DNA from: an uncultured Acidobacteriaceae bacterium
GTDB taxonomy: Bacteria > Acidobacteriota > Terriglobia > Terriglobales > Acidobacteriaceae
Length of the DNA stretch: 64,000 nt
Direction: 5' to 3'
NCBI GenBank assembly: GCA_963782105.1
Contig: CAWAII010000013.1
Span: 139,042 to 203,041, forward strand
This document shows, in pieces, positions 9,883-19,388 of the stretch. How positions within the stretch are numbered: position 1 is the stretch's first letter; every line of letters begins with the position of its first letter. The notes beneath the pieces were generated by a model. It saw only the letters and a list, made by a program, of their open reading frames with translations. It did not search any database and had not been told where the DNA came from. Both the position numbers and the translations under genes were made by a program.

Positions 9883-11667
9883 TCAACGGCGGACCATCTG
9901 CCGGCCGCCGCCCTTCTTAGCCGCCCGCTTCGCGGCGATTTCCCGCATTTGCTTCCCCATGCCGGTGCGGTTCATCACCGCCTGCTGGATCACGTTGATC
10001 ACGTTGCCGAAGGCCCAGTAAAGCGCCAGCCCGGAACTCAGATTCCAGGTCATGAAACCGAAGAAGACCGGCATGGTATAGGCCATCATCTTCTGCTGCG
10101 CAGGGTCCATGCCCGGCGATGGCGTCAGGTATTGCACCAGGAACATGGTCACGATGAAAAAGATGGGCAATATGTGCAACGGGTCGGGAGCGGCCAGGTT
10201 GTGCAGCCACAGCCAAGGCGCCTGGCGCAGTTCGATGGTGTTCAGCAGCATGCGATAGAACGCGTACAGCAATGGCCACTGCACCAGCATCGGCAGGCAG
10301 CCGCCAAACATGTTCACGCCCTCACGCTTCTGCAGATCGAACATCTCTTTGTTCATGTCCGCGCGGCGCGGGTCGGTGGTCTTGTACTTCTTGAACTTCT
10401 CCTTGATCGCGTTCATCTCCGGCTGGATGCGCTGCATCTTCAGCGCGGACTTCATCATCTGGATGCGTGTCGGCAGCATAGCCAGGTTAATCACCAGGGT
10501 CAGAACCAGAATGGCCCAGCCCCAGTTGGAAACAATATGCTCATGGATCCAGCGCAGCGCCAGGAAAAGCGGCTTGGCAATAATGCCCAGATAGCTGCCG
10601 AAGTTCACCACCGCTTCGAGATTGGGCCCGGTCTGTCCCCCATTCTCCGTGGCACGTACGGAAGCCAACACGTCCAGCACCTTGGGACCGACGAACATGC
10701 GCAAGCTGGTGTACCCCGAGGTACTTCCCATGGCAGCGCCCAATACCGAGGCCGAGTCGGTCTGGTCCGTCTTGCCATGACGCGGTATGTCGATCGCATC
10801 ATGCAGACCCACAAGTAGCGTCTGCGGCGGCGCGTCGGGAAGAAAAATCGCGGCAAAGTACAGATCGCTCACACCAGCCCATTCAAAAGGCCCGGGCAGA
10901 GTGCCGCCGCCTGCAATCTTCTTCGCCGCCTGGCGATCGTCCTTGCCGCCCTGCATGGTGTCGAACTGCGACTGCGCATAATCCGGCAGCGTCTCCTGGT
11001 CGCCGAATCCGCCGGGCCATGACACCAGCGCCGTGACCGGGCTGCCGTTTTGGCTGGCCGTCAGCTCCACATGGAGCACGTAGCTGGAATCGAAGGTAAA
11101 GACCTTCTTCACCTCGAGGCCGCCATTGGAGTAGGTAAAGGTAAGCGTGGCAGGAGCATTCAACCTGCCTGTTGCCGATGGCACGTACAACGCCTGCGCC
11201 AGCCGGCTGCGCAGATCCGCATCATAGGTCCAAAGCGACAGCGGAAACCCGAACTTTGCCGCTGCCTTCTGGTTGACCAGGTCCAGCGGTTTACCAGCGT
11301 CGTCCTTGTACTTCTTCAGAATCCAGGAGACGGCCTGGCCCCCGCGATTGGAAAATGTAATCCGATACAGCTCGTTCTCCACCACCGTGGTACTCTCGCC
11401 CGCGGCTACCACCGCGGCCGCAGCAGCCTTGGCGGAAACCGGGCCCGGAGCCACAGCGGCCGCAGGAGTAACAGGCGCAGGAGTAACAGCCGCCTTAGGC
11501 GCCGACTGCGATGCCACCTCGGCTGGGGTCTCCGGTTGCGTCTTTTTCTTTGGCCCAAAGTACTGTAAGCCGAGAAAGATCAGAACAAAGACGACGGAGA
11601 AGATCAGAAGCGTGCGTGAGTCCTGCCCACCACCACCCGGCTGATTAGGGTTTTTTATTTCGGCCAA
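9883..11667 (-). CDS. yidC: membrane protein insertase YidC
   Basis: Intact 594-codon ORF with an N-terminal TM segment, a large periplasmic domain and a C-terminal 60-kDa-IMP core (KMQRIQPEMNAIKEKFKKYK, GCLPMLVQWPLLYAFY). Confidence 0.9.
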   Translation of the reverse strand: MAEIKNPNQPGGGGQDSRTLLIFSVVFVLIFLGLQYFGPKKKTQPETPAEVASQSAPKAAVTPAPVTPAAAVAPGPVSAKAAAAAVVAAGESTTVVENELYRITFSNRGGQAVSWILKKYKDDAGKPLDLVNQKAAAKFGFPLSLWTYDADLRSRLAQALYVPSATGRLNAPATLTFTYSNGGLEVKKVFTFDSSYVLHVELTASQNGSPVTALVSWPGGFGDQETLPDYAQSQFDTMQGGKDDRQAAKKIAGGGTLPGPFEWAGVSDLYFAAIFLPDAPPQTLLVGLHDAIDIPRHGKTDQTDSASVLGAAMGSTSGYTSLRMFVGPKVLDVLASVRATENGGQTGPNLEAVVNFGSYLGIIAKPLFLALRWIHEHIVSNWGWAILVLTLVINLAMLPTRIQMMKSALKMQRIQPEMNAIKEKFKKYKTTDPRRADMNKEMFDLQKREGVNMFGGCLPMLVQWPLLYAFYRMLLNTIELRQAPWLWLHNLAAPDPLHILPIFFIVTMFLVQYLTPSPGMDPAQQKMMAYTMPVFFGFMTWNLSSGLALYWAFGNVINVIQQAVMNRTGMGKQMREIAAKRAAKKGGGRQMVRR

Positions 11668-11732
11668 GAAGAGTTCCTGTCGATCGGACGGTCTTGCAGC
11701 TCCCGGCGCCCGATGCGCCTATAGCCACAATT

Positions 11733-12014
11733 CTATGGTAAATGGCGGGGGTCATCTGTGCGGAGGCGATGGCGGGAGCGGCTGCGTGGCGGGGGCCGGC
11801 CCGGAACCGGATCGAAACCGCCCCGGCCAAGGGGGTTACAGCGCAGCAGCCGCCAAAACGCGAGAGCGCTGCCATAAAGCACCCCGTGGCGGGCCACGGC
11901 TACCATGGCGTATTCCGAACAGGTCGGCTGAAAGCGGCACGCACCCGAGACCCCGCTGACGGAATGCAACAGCGGCGAGATCCAGCGCCGGTAGGCGTTA
12001 GGGATTTGAGCCAT
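11733..12014 (-). CDS. yidD: membrane protein insertion efficiency factor YidD
   Basis: Hallmark sequence [39 protein letters not shown]. It overlaps the rnpA 3' end, as is typical. Confidence 0.8.
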   Translation of the reverse strand: MAQIPNAYRRWISPLLHSVSGVSGACRFQPTCSEYAMVAVARHGVLYGSALAFWRLLRCNPLGRGGFDPVPGRPPPRSRSRHRLRTDDPRHLP

Positions 12015-12372
12015 CAGCACCCACGCTCCGGCTTTCCGCCGGCCTTCTCGACGACAGCAAAGATCCTGCGAAACCTCGCTCTGCAATCCGCGCGAAATCC
12101 GCCGTCAGCACCGTGCGCCGGGGATGCAGCACCACGTCGACGTCTCGCGTCAGCAAGGCCAGGTTTAGCCGTACGGCTTCGCGCATGCGCCGTTTAATGC
12201 GGTTGCGCTCGACCGCCTTACCCAGAACGCGGCCAGCGGTCAGGCCCACCCGCGGACCGGTGGGAGGATTCGACGTCCGCTCGGCGAAGAAATATGTCAT
12301 GGAAGCGGAGAAATGTTTGCGGCTCCGCTGGTAGACGCGTTGATAGTCAGCGTGTTTGCGCAGCCGCGGGCG
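11998..12372 (-). CDS. rnpA: ribonuclease P protein component (5' end uncertain)
   Basis: Core sequence [26 protein letters not shown]. The conserved N-terminal [11 protein letters not shown] lies upstream of the first ATG (12300), in the same frame. That frame is closed by TAG at 12373-12375, and GTG 12411 lies in frame beyond it. No canonical start covers the conserved N-terminus. Confidence 0.7.
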   Translation of the reverse strand, partial: RPRLRKHADYQRVYQRSRKHFSASMTYFFAERTSNPPTGPRVGLTAGRVLGKAVERNRIKRRMREAVRLNLALLTRDVDVVLHPRRTVLTADFARIAERGFAGSLLSSRRPAESRSVGADGSNP

Positions 12373-12423
12373 CTATCGGGTGCGCGTCGCACCGGAGAAT
12401 TCCCGGGTCACCCGAAACTGCTT

Positions 12424-12579
12424 CTAGTCGCGGTAGCCGGCGCTTACCGAAACGCGTTTGCGCCCTTTGGCGCGGCGGCGGGAAAGAACCGCGGCCCCCG
12501 CCTTAGTTTTCATACGCGTAAAAAAGCCGTGCGTCTTCGCGCGATGACGGCGGTTGGGTTGGAATGTGCGCTTGGGCAT
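12424..12579 (-). CDS. rpmH: 50S ribosomal protein L34
   Basis: Absent from the ORF track because it is under 60 aa. The reverse strand reads [51 protein letters not shown], directly upstream of rnpA. Confidence 0.9.
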   Translation of the reverse strand: MPKRTFQPNRRHRAKTHGFFTRMKTKAGAAVLSRRRAKGRKRVSVSAGYRD

Positions 12580-12620
12580 AAAACTGCGCTCCTGATCTCA
12601 TTCAAAAATATCTGCTTTAA

Positions 12621-12710
12621 GCGGTTTCAATTACCGTGGCCTGATAAATATCGCGCGGTATGTTTTCCCGGAGAACCACGAAAGCCACCGTCACATCTAT
12701 GTAGAACGCT
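12621..12710 (+). repeat. intergenic repeat family, copy A (5' two-thirds; 3' block diverged)
   Basis: GCGGTTTCAATTACCGTGGCCTGATAAATATCGCGCGGTATGTTTTCCCGGAGAACCACGAAAGCCAC aligns base for base with copy D (61686..). The internal hairpin is GTTTT/AGAAC. Confidence 0.6.
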
Positions 12711-13068
12711 CAGGGCAGCCTTGAGTATACCGGATTCAAAGCAAGCGCAAAGTACGTAACCAGTCACAGCCCCGGAATTGCCACCTTTCACTACGCATGG
12801 TGCAACTCCGCGAAAGAAAGAAATGTTTGCCTGGAATGAGCAGTTGCACGGCCTTGCAACTGTGCTAGTATCGGCTCCGATCAAGAATGATTTTCTGCAC
12901 GTCAACACTACCTGAACTTTCGATCAGGATACTTTCGCGAAGGGGCTCGTTTCCCCCAAAGCAGTTCCTAAGCAAGGAGCGACAACGGCGCGCAAATTTC
13001 ATCTTGCGAGCCGGCTCTTTTGCATTTTGCGGAAAGTATCAGGCAGTCGGCGTTGAACGAAGGAAGCT

Positions 13069-14486
13069 ATGTCTTTTGTCGCCACCGCCCCCGCCGTACC
13101 CAATCCCTGGGTGCGGATCCTGGGTGCTCTAGAAAAGAAGGTCAACCGGCAATCCTTCGATACCTGGCTAAAGCCCACGCGCTTCAGCCACGTGACCGGC
13201 CGGATGCTCTTCGTGCGGGTTCCTACACCGGAGTTCCAGCACATCGGCGATCGCTATGGCGACCTGATTCAAGAAGCGATCGATGCTTTCCATCTGGAGT
13301 TCGATGACGTCTCCTTCGTCATCCCGCAGGAAGACCCAGCCGCCGTCCGGGTCCGCCAGGATGGAGGGTTTGCGCCCATGCCCTCGCACGGCTCCGGGGC
13401 CCCGCGCCCCGGCAGCCGCCCGGCGCCAACACGCCCCCGCAACAGGCCAAGTTTGACTGGACCACAGCCGCGCAACTCAACCCCCGCTACACTTTTGAGG
13501 CCTTCGTCATCGGCAACGGCAATCAGTTCGCCCGCGCTGCCTCGGAAGCAGTCGCCGAACACCCCTCAAAAGCCTACAACCCGCTCTTCATCTATGGTGG
13601 TGTGGGTATGGGTAAGACCCATCTCATGCACGCCATCGGCCATGAGGTAAAAAAGCGCCAGCCGCAATGCTCCGTCTGCTATGTCTCCAGCGAGAAATTC
13701 ACCAACGAAATGATCAACTCGCTGCGCTATGACAAGATGACCAGCTTTCGCGACAAGTTTCGCTGCGTCGATCTGCTGCTTATCGACGACATCCAGTTCC
13801 TGGCGCAAAAGGAGCGCACCCAGGAAGAGTTCTTCCACACCTTCAACGCGCTCCACGAGAGCATGAAGCAGATTGTCATCGCCTCCGATCGTCCACCTAA
13901 GGAGCTGCCTGAGATCGAGGACCGCCTGCGCAGCCGGTTCGAGTGGGGCTTGATCGCGGATATTCAGCCGCCCGACCTGGAGACCAAGGTCGCTATTCTG
14001 CAGAAGAAGGCTGAGAGCGAGCACGTCCTGCTGCCCACCGACATTGCCCTCTTCATCGCCTCCAACGTCCGCACCAATGTGCGCGAACTGGAGGGCGCCA
14101 TGGTGCGCCTGCTGGCCTGGTGCCGCCTCAATGGCGCCGAGCTAACCCTGGCCACCACTCAGCTCTGCCTCAAGCAGTTCATCGATACCCAGGTGCGCAA
14201 GATCACCATCGAAGCGATTCAGCGCATCGTCTCCGAGCAGTTCGGCATGCGGGTCGCCGAGCTCAAGCAGAAAAACAATTCGCGCTCGGTGGTCGTCCCG
14301 CGCCAGATTGCCATGTATCTGGCCAAGCAGATGACCGAGGCTTCTCTCCCTGAGATCGGACGGCAGTTCGGCGGCAAGCACCATACCACCGTCATGCATT
14401 CCATTGCCAAGATCGATGAGCAACGCCGAGCCGACAAAGATCTGAACCGGACCATCAATAAGCTCCTGGAGACCCTCAACGGCTGA
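13069..14486 (+). pseudogene. dnaA: chromosomal replication initiator DnaA, one frameshift (about 13390-13440)
   Basis: Domain I lies in the 13069 frame. [23 protein letters not shown], Walker [11 protein letters not shown], Walker [10 protein letters not shown] and the C-terminal DNA-binding domain ([11 protein letters not shown]) lie in the 13602..14486 frame. The junction falls in a stretch of G/C runs. Confidence 0.9.
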
Positions 14487-14560
14487 GCGAAGCGCCGCCG
14501 GACTCTCTGTTACATCCGACGCGGATCCTTTCCTCGGTTGCCGCTCCCGGTATGCTCTAG

Positions 14561-15751
14561 TTGTCTATGTCTTGTTTTGGGTCGCGGCCCCGCGTGTCTT
14601 GGTTGGCTGGTTGTTTGCTCGGCAGCGCGCTCCTGGCGGCAGTGCTGGCGCCGCTCGCCCACGCCCGGCAGCAAGACACCGGATTTCTCAACCGCAGCAT
14701 CACCGTCAATGGAATCGTCTACCACTACGACGTCTATCTTCCGATGGACTGGTCCCCCAAGCAGAAGTGGCCCGTCATTCTGTTTCTGCACGGTTCCGGG
14801 GAGCGTGGCTCCGACGGTCTGGATGAGACCCAGGTAGGCTTACCCAACGCTCTGCGTTCCCACAATGAGCGCTGGCCCTTCGTGGTGGTGATGCCCCAGG
14901 TCCCATACAGCCACCATCATTGGACCGACCCGGACATTATGGCTATGGCCATGGCTGCATTGAACGCCGAGGTAAAGGAGTTTCACGGCGATCCCGAGCG
15001 CCTCTATCTCACCGGCTTGTCACTGGGCGGCTACGGGGTGTGGGAGATCGCGAAGGACTATCCTGGCCGCTTTGCCGCGATTGCTCCAGTCAGTGGAGGC
15101 ATATTCTGGTCTTACGCGCCCGGCCGCTGGCACCAACCGGAACTTGTCCAGGAATACGTCAAAGCTATTGGCCGCACGCCAGTCTGGATCTTCCATGGCG
15201 CCGACGACCCCGTCGTCTCTCCCGCACAGTCGCAGATCATGTACTCAGCGATCAGCAGCGCGGGAGGAAACGTCCGCTTTTGGGAATACGCCAACTATCA
15301 TCACAATGCCTGGGACCGGGCCTACACAGACCCGCAGCTGCCGCAGTGGTTTCTTGCCCATCGCCTCTCCGATCTGGCGACCACCAAGCCGTATGCGGAA
15401 AAGCGCCTCATCCCTCTCCATCCCCCGCCCATTCACGTGGATCCCAGTGTGTACGACGCATATCAGGGCGAGTATGTCGACGCTGGCGTGACCCAGATGA
15501 CCATCTTTCGTCAGGGCGACAAGCTGATGTCCAAGAATCGGACAGGCGATCAGATCGAGTTGCTACCTGAACTTGTCAATCGGTTTTTCTTTCCCAGCGG
15601 CAGCTCCACTCGCATCACCTTCCAGCGCGGCCCCAACGGACGCGTCACTGGACTCGTCTTCTCGGATGATCGTCATCAGGAACTCTGGGAAAGGTCCCAG
15701 TCTGTCACCAGGTCAAGCGAATATGGCCTCTGTAGGCGGGACGCACCATGA
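14561..15751 (+). CDS. secreted alpha/beta hydrolase (esterase/peptidase-like)
   Basis: Signal peptide, then FLHGSGERGSDG, the nucleophile elbow GLSLGGYG and FHGADDPVV. The C-terminal domain is about 100 aa. TTG at 14561 or ATG at 14567 could be the start. Confidence 0.7.
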   Translation: MSMSCFGSRPRVSWLAGCLLGSALLAAVLAPLAHARQQDTGFLNRSITVNGIVYHYDVYLPMDWSPKQKWPVILFLHGSGERGSDGLDETQVGLPNALRSHNERWPFVVVMPQVPYSHHHWTDPDIMAMAMAALNAEVKEFHGDPERLYLTGLSLGGYGVWEIAKDYPGRFAAIAPVSGGIFWSYAPGRWHQPELVQEYVKAIGRTPVWIFHGADDPVVSPAQSQIMYSAISSAGGNVRFWEYANYHHNAWDRAYTDPQLPQWFLAHRLSDLATTKPYAEKRLIPLHPPPIHVDPSVYDAYQGEYVDAGVTQMTIFRQGDKLMSKNRTGDQIELLPELVNRFFFPSGSSTRITFQRGPNGRVTGLVFSDDRHQELWERSQSVTRSSEYGLCRRDAP

Positions 15752-15760
15752 TGGATGCTA

Positions 15761-16136
15761 TGTGCAAAGTCCGGCGCTTGCCGACACGCACCACGGTTGC
15801 TTCGGACCGCGCTTTGCACTCGTGGCTACAAGCTTTCCACAGCCTCCTTTTGGTTCGCTGTGCAGACCGAGGGGAACGCGGGACCCAACTCGGCCCAATT
15901 TGCTGCTCTTCCTGCTTTTCATTTTGTAGGCGCCCTGTTTTCTAAAACGGGGGTGGCTGCCATCCACGCCAACCGCTTGGTTTTAGCCCTTCTTTCCACT
16001 TTTCCGGCGCAAACGACTGCTGCTACTAAGAAAAATCTAATGCTTTAAAATCTTTATTCGTAGCCGCAGGGTTATTCCGGTCCCCTTACCGTGCATTGCA
16101 CGCCCAGCGTTTCCACATTACGATCGGGAATCCACA
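15761..16136. other. candidate oriC (DnaA-box-like cluster plus AT-rich tract)
   Basis: The boxes deviate from the relaxed consensus TTWTNCACA as follows:
- TGTGCAAAG at 15761-15769, reverse orientation, 1 mismatch
- CTTTCCACA at 15833-15841, 1 mismatch
- GTTTCCACA at 16109-16117, 1 mismatch
- GAATCCACA at 16128-16136, 2 mismatches
An AT-rich tract, AAGAAAAATCTAATGCTTTAAAATCTTTATT, lies at about 16027-16060. The whole region is a 517-bp non-coding gap directly upstream of dnaN. Confidence 0.4.
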
Positions 16137-16267
16137 GGAAACAACACGGTCGAGATTCTCATGCAGCTTCGGGGTGGTGTAGAGTGAGTCAAATCGACAA
16201 GGGGGGAAATGCCATGCCTAGCGCAGGCGTTGAGCAGGAGAGACCGGTCGCACAGGGAGCAGCAACC

Positions 16268-17413
16268 ATGGAGATTACCGTGAGCCGTCAGGATCTTTTG
16301 CGTGAGCTCAGCGCAACGCAAAGCGTCGTCGAGCGGAAGACGACCATTCCTATTCTCTCCAATTTTCTTCTCGAGGCCGGGCAGGGCGACGGCAACGCGA
16401 ACAGTGCCGACCGCCTCACCATCACGGCCACCGACCTGGACCAGAGCATCCGGACATCCTGCGCCGCCAAAGTAAAGAAGCCTGGCGCCTGCACCATCCC
16501 CGCGCGCAAACTCTTCGATTACGTCAAGCTGCTTCCCGACGGCGATATCTCCATCAAGCTGATGGAGAACCACTGGGTGCAGATCCGCTCCGGCCGCTCC
16601 AATACCAAGATGGTGGGCATGGCCCGCGCCAATTTTCCCCAAGTGCCGGAGTTTCCTGAGAACGGTCTGACCCAGCTTGCCACCGCCTCAGTCAAGGGGA
16701 TGATCTCCAAGACCATTTTCGCCATCTCCAATGAGGAATCGCGCTACACACTCAATGGCGCATTGCTTATTTTGAAGGCGGAGTCGCTGGCCATGGTGGC
16801 CACCGATGGCCACCGGCTGGCCCACCTCGAAAAGACCGGCGAATCGCTCAAGAACATCAGCGGGGAAAAGAAGACCCTGATCCCGCGCAAGGCGCTGGCC
16901 GAGCTGCAATCACTGCTCGCCAATACTGAAGAGGAAGTTCTCGACTTCTTCGACGATGAGCATACTCTGTTCTTCCGCCTTGGCCACCGCGTGCTTACGA
17001 CACGCAAGCTTACCGGCCAGTTTCCCAACTACGAAGCGGTGCTGCCCCGGGACAACAACAAATTCGTGGTCGTCCGCAGCGAAGAATTGATGGGGTCGAT
17101 CCAGCGGGTAGCGCAATTCGCCGACGAGCGCTCAGGGGCGATCAAGATCCGGCTGGAACAGAACGAGATGAAGATCTCCTCCTCCTCGACCGAATCCGGC
17201 GAGTCGGAAGACACCATCGAAACTCCCTACAGCTTTGACCCGATTGTGGTCGGCTTCAATTCCGCCTATCTCATCGACTTTCTCAAGGCTGTTGGATCGA
17301 GCGGCGAAGTCCGTCTCGAATTCAAAGATGCTCAGTCTGCCGGTCAGATGCGCCCGGAAGATGCCGCTGATGATTTCAAGTACCGTTACGTGATCATGCC
17401 GATGCGCATTTGA
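16268..17413 (+). CDS. dnaN: DNA polymerase III subunit beta (sliding clamp)
   Basis: MEITVSRQDLLRELSATQSVVERKTTIPILSNFLLEA is a typical DnaN N-terminus, and the C-terminus is YVIMPMRI. The start at ATG 16268 lies inside ORF 16091..17413. Confidence 0.9.
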   Translation: MEITVSRQDLLRELSATQSVVERKTTIPILSNFLLEAGQGDGNANSADRLTITATDLDQSIRTSCAAKVKKPGACTIPARKLFDYVKLLPDGDISIKLMENHWVQIRSGRSNTKMVGMARANFPQVPEFPENGLTQLATASVKGMISKTIFAISNEESRYTLNGALLILKAESLAMVATDGHRLAHLEKTGESLKNISGEKKTLIPRKALAELQSLLANTEEEVLDFFDDEHTLFFRLGHRVLTTRKLTGQFPNYEAVLPRDNNKFVVVRSEELMGSIQRVAQFADERSGAIKIRLEQNEMKISSSSTESGESEDTIETPYSFDPIVVGFNSAYLIDFLKAVGSSGEVRLEFKDAQSAGQMRPEDAADDFKYRYVIMPMRI

Positions 17414-17419
17414 AGTCTG

Positions 17420-17986
17420 CTATTCGAGCGTTTTGCCGGCCTTCCTGGCAGCAGACTTCCGGCGGACAACAACGGTCTTTGCAGTGATTTCCGGGCCGGC
17501 CTTCACGGATGTCTTTTTGACTGCGGCTTTCTTCGCTATCGTTTTGCCGGCAACCGCCTTCCTGGCCACGGCTTTTTTGGCTGGCCCGTTGCGCGCCGCC
17601 ACTGTTTTTTCCACCAGCATCGCCTTCAACTGCTCCAGATCGACGACCCGAGCCGATTTTCTAAGCCGCTCAATGTCGTAGTACATCCGCTTTTCCGCAA
17701 GAAAGATGTGGACAACGAAATCCACATAATCCATCAATATCCATTCGCCCTGCCGCCGGCCCTCCACCGAATTGGGGTAGGTTTGAAAATCTCGTTTCAG
17801 GCGCGCCTCGATCTCGTCGGCGATCGCCTGGGTCTGGCGTTCGTTCGAACCGCTGGCGATTAGAAAAAAGTCAGTGAAACCGGCATCCACCGGATCGAGC
17901 TCGAGGATACGGGTATCCTCGGCCTTCTTGTCTTCGCAGGCCTCCGCGGCGGCCAAAACCATGCGGCGCGTTTCCGTCATTGCCAT
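17420..17986 (-). CDS. rsfS: ribosome silencing factor RsfS with Lys/Ala-rich C-terminal extension
   Basis: RsfS/iojap core (DFFLIASGSNERQTQAIADEIE..WILMDYVDFVVHIFLAEKRMYYDIERL) followed by an additional K/A-rich tail of about 60 aa. Confidence 0.8.
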   Translation of the reverse strand: MAMTETRRMVLAAAEACEDKKAEDTRILELDPVDAGFTDFFLIASGSNERQTQAIADEIEARLKRDFQTYPNSVEGRRQGEWILMDYVDFVVHIFLAEKRMYYDIERLRKSARVVDLEQLKAMLVEKTVAARNGPAKKAVARKAVAGKTIAKKAAVKKTSVKAGPEITAKTVVVRRKSAARKAGKTLE

Positions 17987-18048
17987 TCGGTCGAGTTGAA
18001 TCTCCTTGGGTGAAGCTTACCTATGGTATCCCGCTAGGTTGTGAAGGA

Positions 18049-18727
18049 TCACGAGGCTTCGGGCCGGTAGAGGGCATGGGAGCGAATATACTCCGGCAAC
18101 CGCGGGGGCGAGCACGGTTTGCTGCTCCGAACCTTCGGCCAGCGCAGCGCGAATCTCCGTGGCAGAGATGTCCTGGTCCAGGTCGGGCAACAGAAAGAGC
18201 TCTGCGCTCTGGCCCGAACGGCTGGCGAGGGAAAAGCGGGTGAATGCGGCTTCGCGGCGCTCGCCCCGGTTCTCTACCCCTCTGGGCAGCGCCGAGGTGA
18301 TCTGCTGGAGCGAGAACCCTGGCCGGCCGGCCACGATAAAGTCGCAAAAAAGCAGCAGTTCGGCAGATTGATGCCATCGCTTGATAGTGAGGAAAGAATC
18401 GGCGCCGAGCAGACAAAAAAGCACATCCGTGGGCGCGAGAACGCGCCGCAATCGCTGCAGGGTATCGAAGGTGTAGTTGGGCTGCCCGCCGGGCAAAGGC
18501 GCGTCCACGCTGCTAGCCGTGAGACCGGGCTCTCCTGCCACGGCCAGCTGGACCATGGCTAGCCGGTCGGCAAAGCTGGAATGGCCGGAGCCGCCTTTGA
18601 GCGGCTGGGTGGCTACGGGCGCGACCAGCACCTGATCGAGCGCCAGCCGCGTGATGGCCGCGCGGGCAATCGCGATGTGGCCACGATGCGGCGGATCGAA
18701 AGTGCCGCCGAAGAAGGCGATGCGCAT
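18049..18727 (-). pseudogene. nadD: nicotinate-nucleotide adenylyltransferase NadD, frameshift near 3' end (about 18093)
   Basis: MRIAFFGGTFDPPHRGHIAIA carries the (H/T)xGH motif. Removing one G from the coding-strand CCGGAG restores the conserved C-terminus VAEYIRSHALYRPEAS*. Confidence 0.85.
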
Positions 18728-18824
18728 AGGGGAATCGTATCGCGACGACAAACGTTTTCCGGGTGCATGGCAACTGTATGCTAGGGCTTATTGCCCCCAT
18801 CAAGACCGAGGGGCCTCGCCTTCG

Positions 18825-19363
18825 ATGGTTACAGCTCCGCCCACCCGAACCGCCTACATTGCGCTTGGCTCCAATCTTGATTCCGAGCACGGCAGCCGGG
18901 CCGAGACCCTGTGCGCGGCCAGCGAACGCCTGGGTCGTCTGGGCCGTGTGACGGCCCGATCCTCTCTCTATGAAACCGAGCCTGTGGGATACCACGATCA
19001 GCCCGCCTTCCTGAATGCGGCCGTGGCTCTGGAGACGCAACTGGAGCCGCTGCCGCTGCTGCGAGCATTGCTGGCCATCGAGCGGGAGCTGGGGCGCGAT
19101 CGCAGCCGCGATGTCTTGAAGGGTCCACGGACCCTGGATCTCGATCTGCTGGTGATGGAAGATTGCATCGTCGCCGGGGAGGAGCTGACGTTGCCGCACC
19201 CGGGCTTGGCCCAGCGGCGCTTTGTGCTGGCGCCGCTGGTGGAGATCGCACCGCAACTCCAGCACCCCCTGCTTAATCAACAATGGCGGAGCTGCTGGCC
19301 CTGCTGCCCGATGAGGGCGAGAACCGCGTCTCCGCGGCACGCCGGCTGCCCGCGACGAGATAG
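18825..19363 (+). pseudogene. folK: 2-amino-4-hydroxy-6-hydroxymethyldihydropteridine diphosphokinase FolK, frameshift (about 19278-19283)
   Basis: AYIALGSNL..SSLYETEPVGY..QPAFLNAAV..RTLDLDLL..LTLPHPGLAQRRFVLAPL. The natural tail MAELLALLPDEGENRVSAARRLPATR* is in a neighbouring frame. Confidence 0.8.
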
Positions 19364-19388
19364 GAAATGGAGGCTTAGAATCGCTTGA

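Noticed and set aside
9850-10818. 322-aa plus-strand ORF
   Set aside because: It is antisense to the intact yidC gene. His/Gln/Arg-rich, with no domain.
12580-13068. The rpmH-dnaA spacer as the replication origin
   Set aside because: I found no 9-mer within 1-2 mismatches of TTWTNCACA/TGTGNAWAA and no marked AT-rich tract. The spacer upstream of dnaN is the better candidate. A scan by eye can miss degenerate boxes, so this is not excluded.
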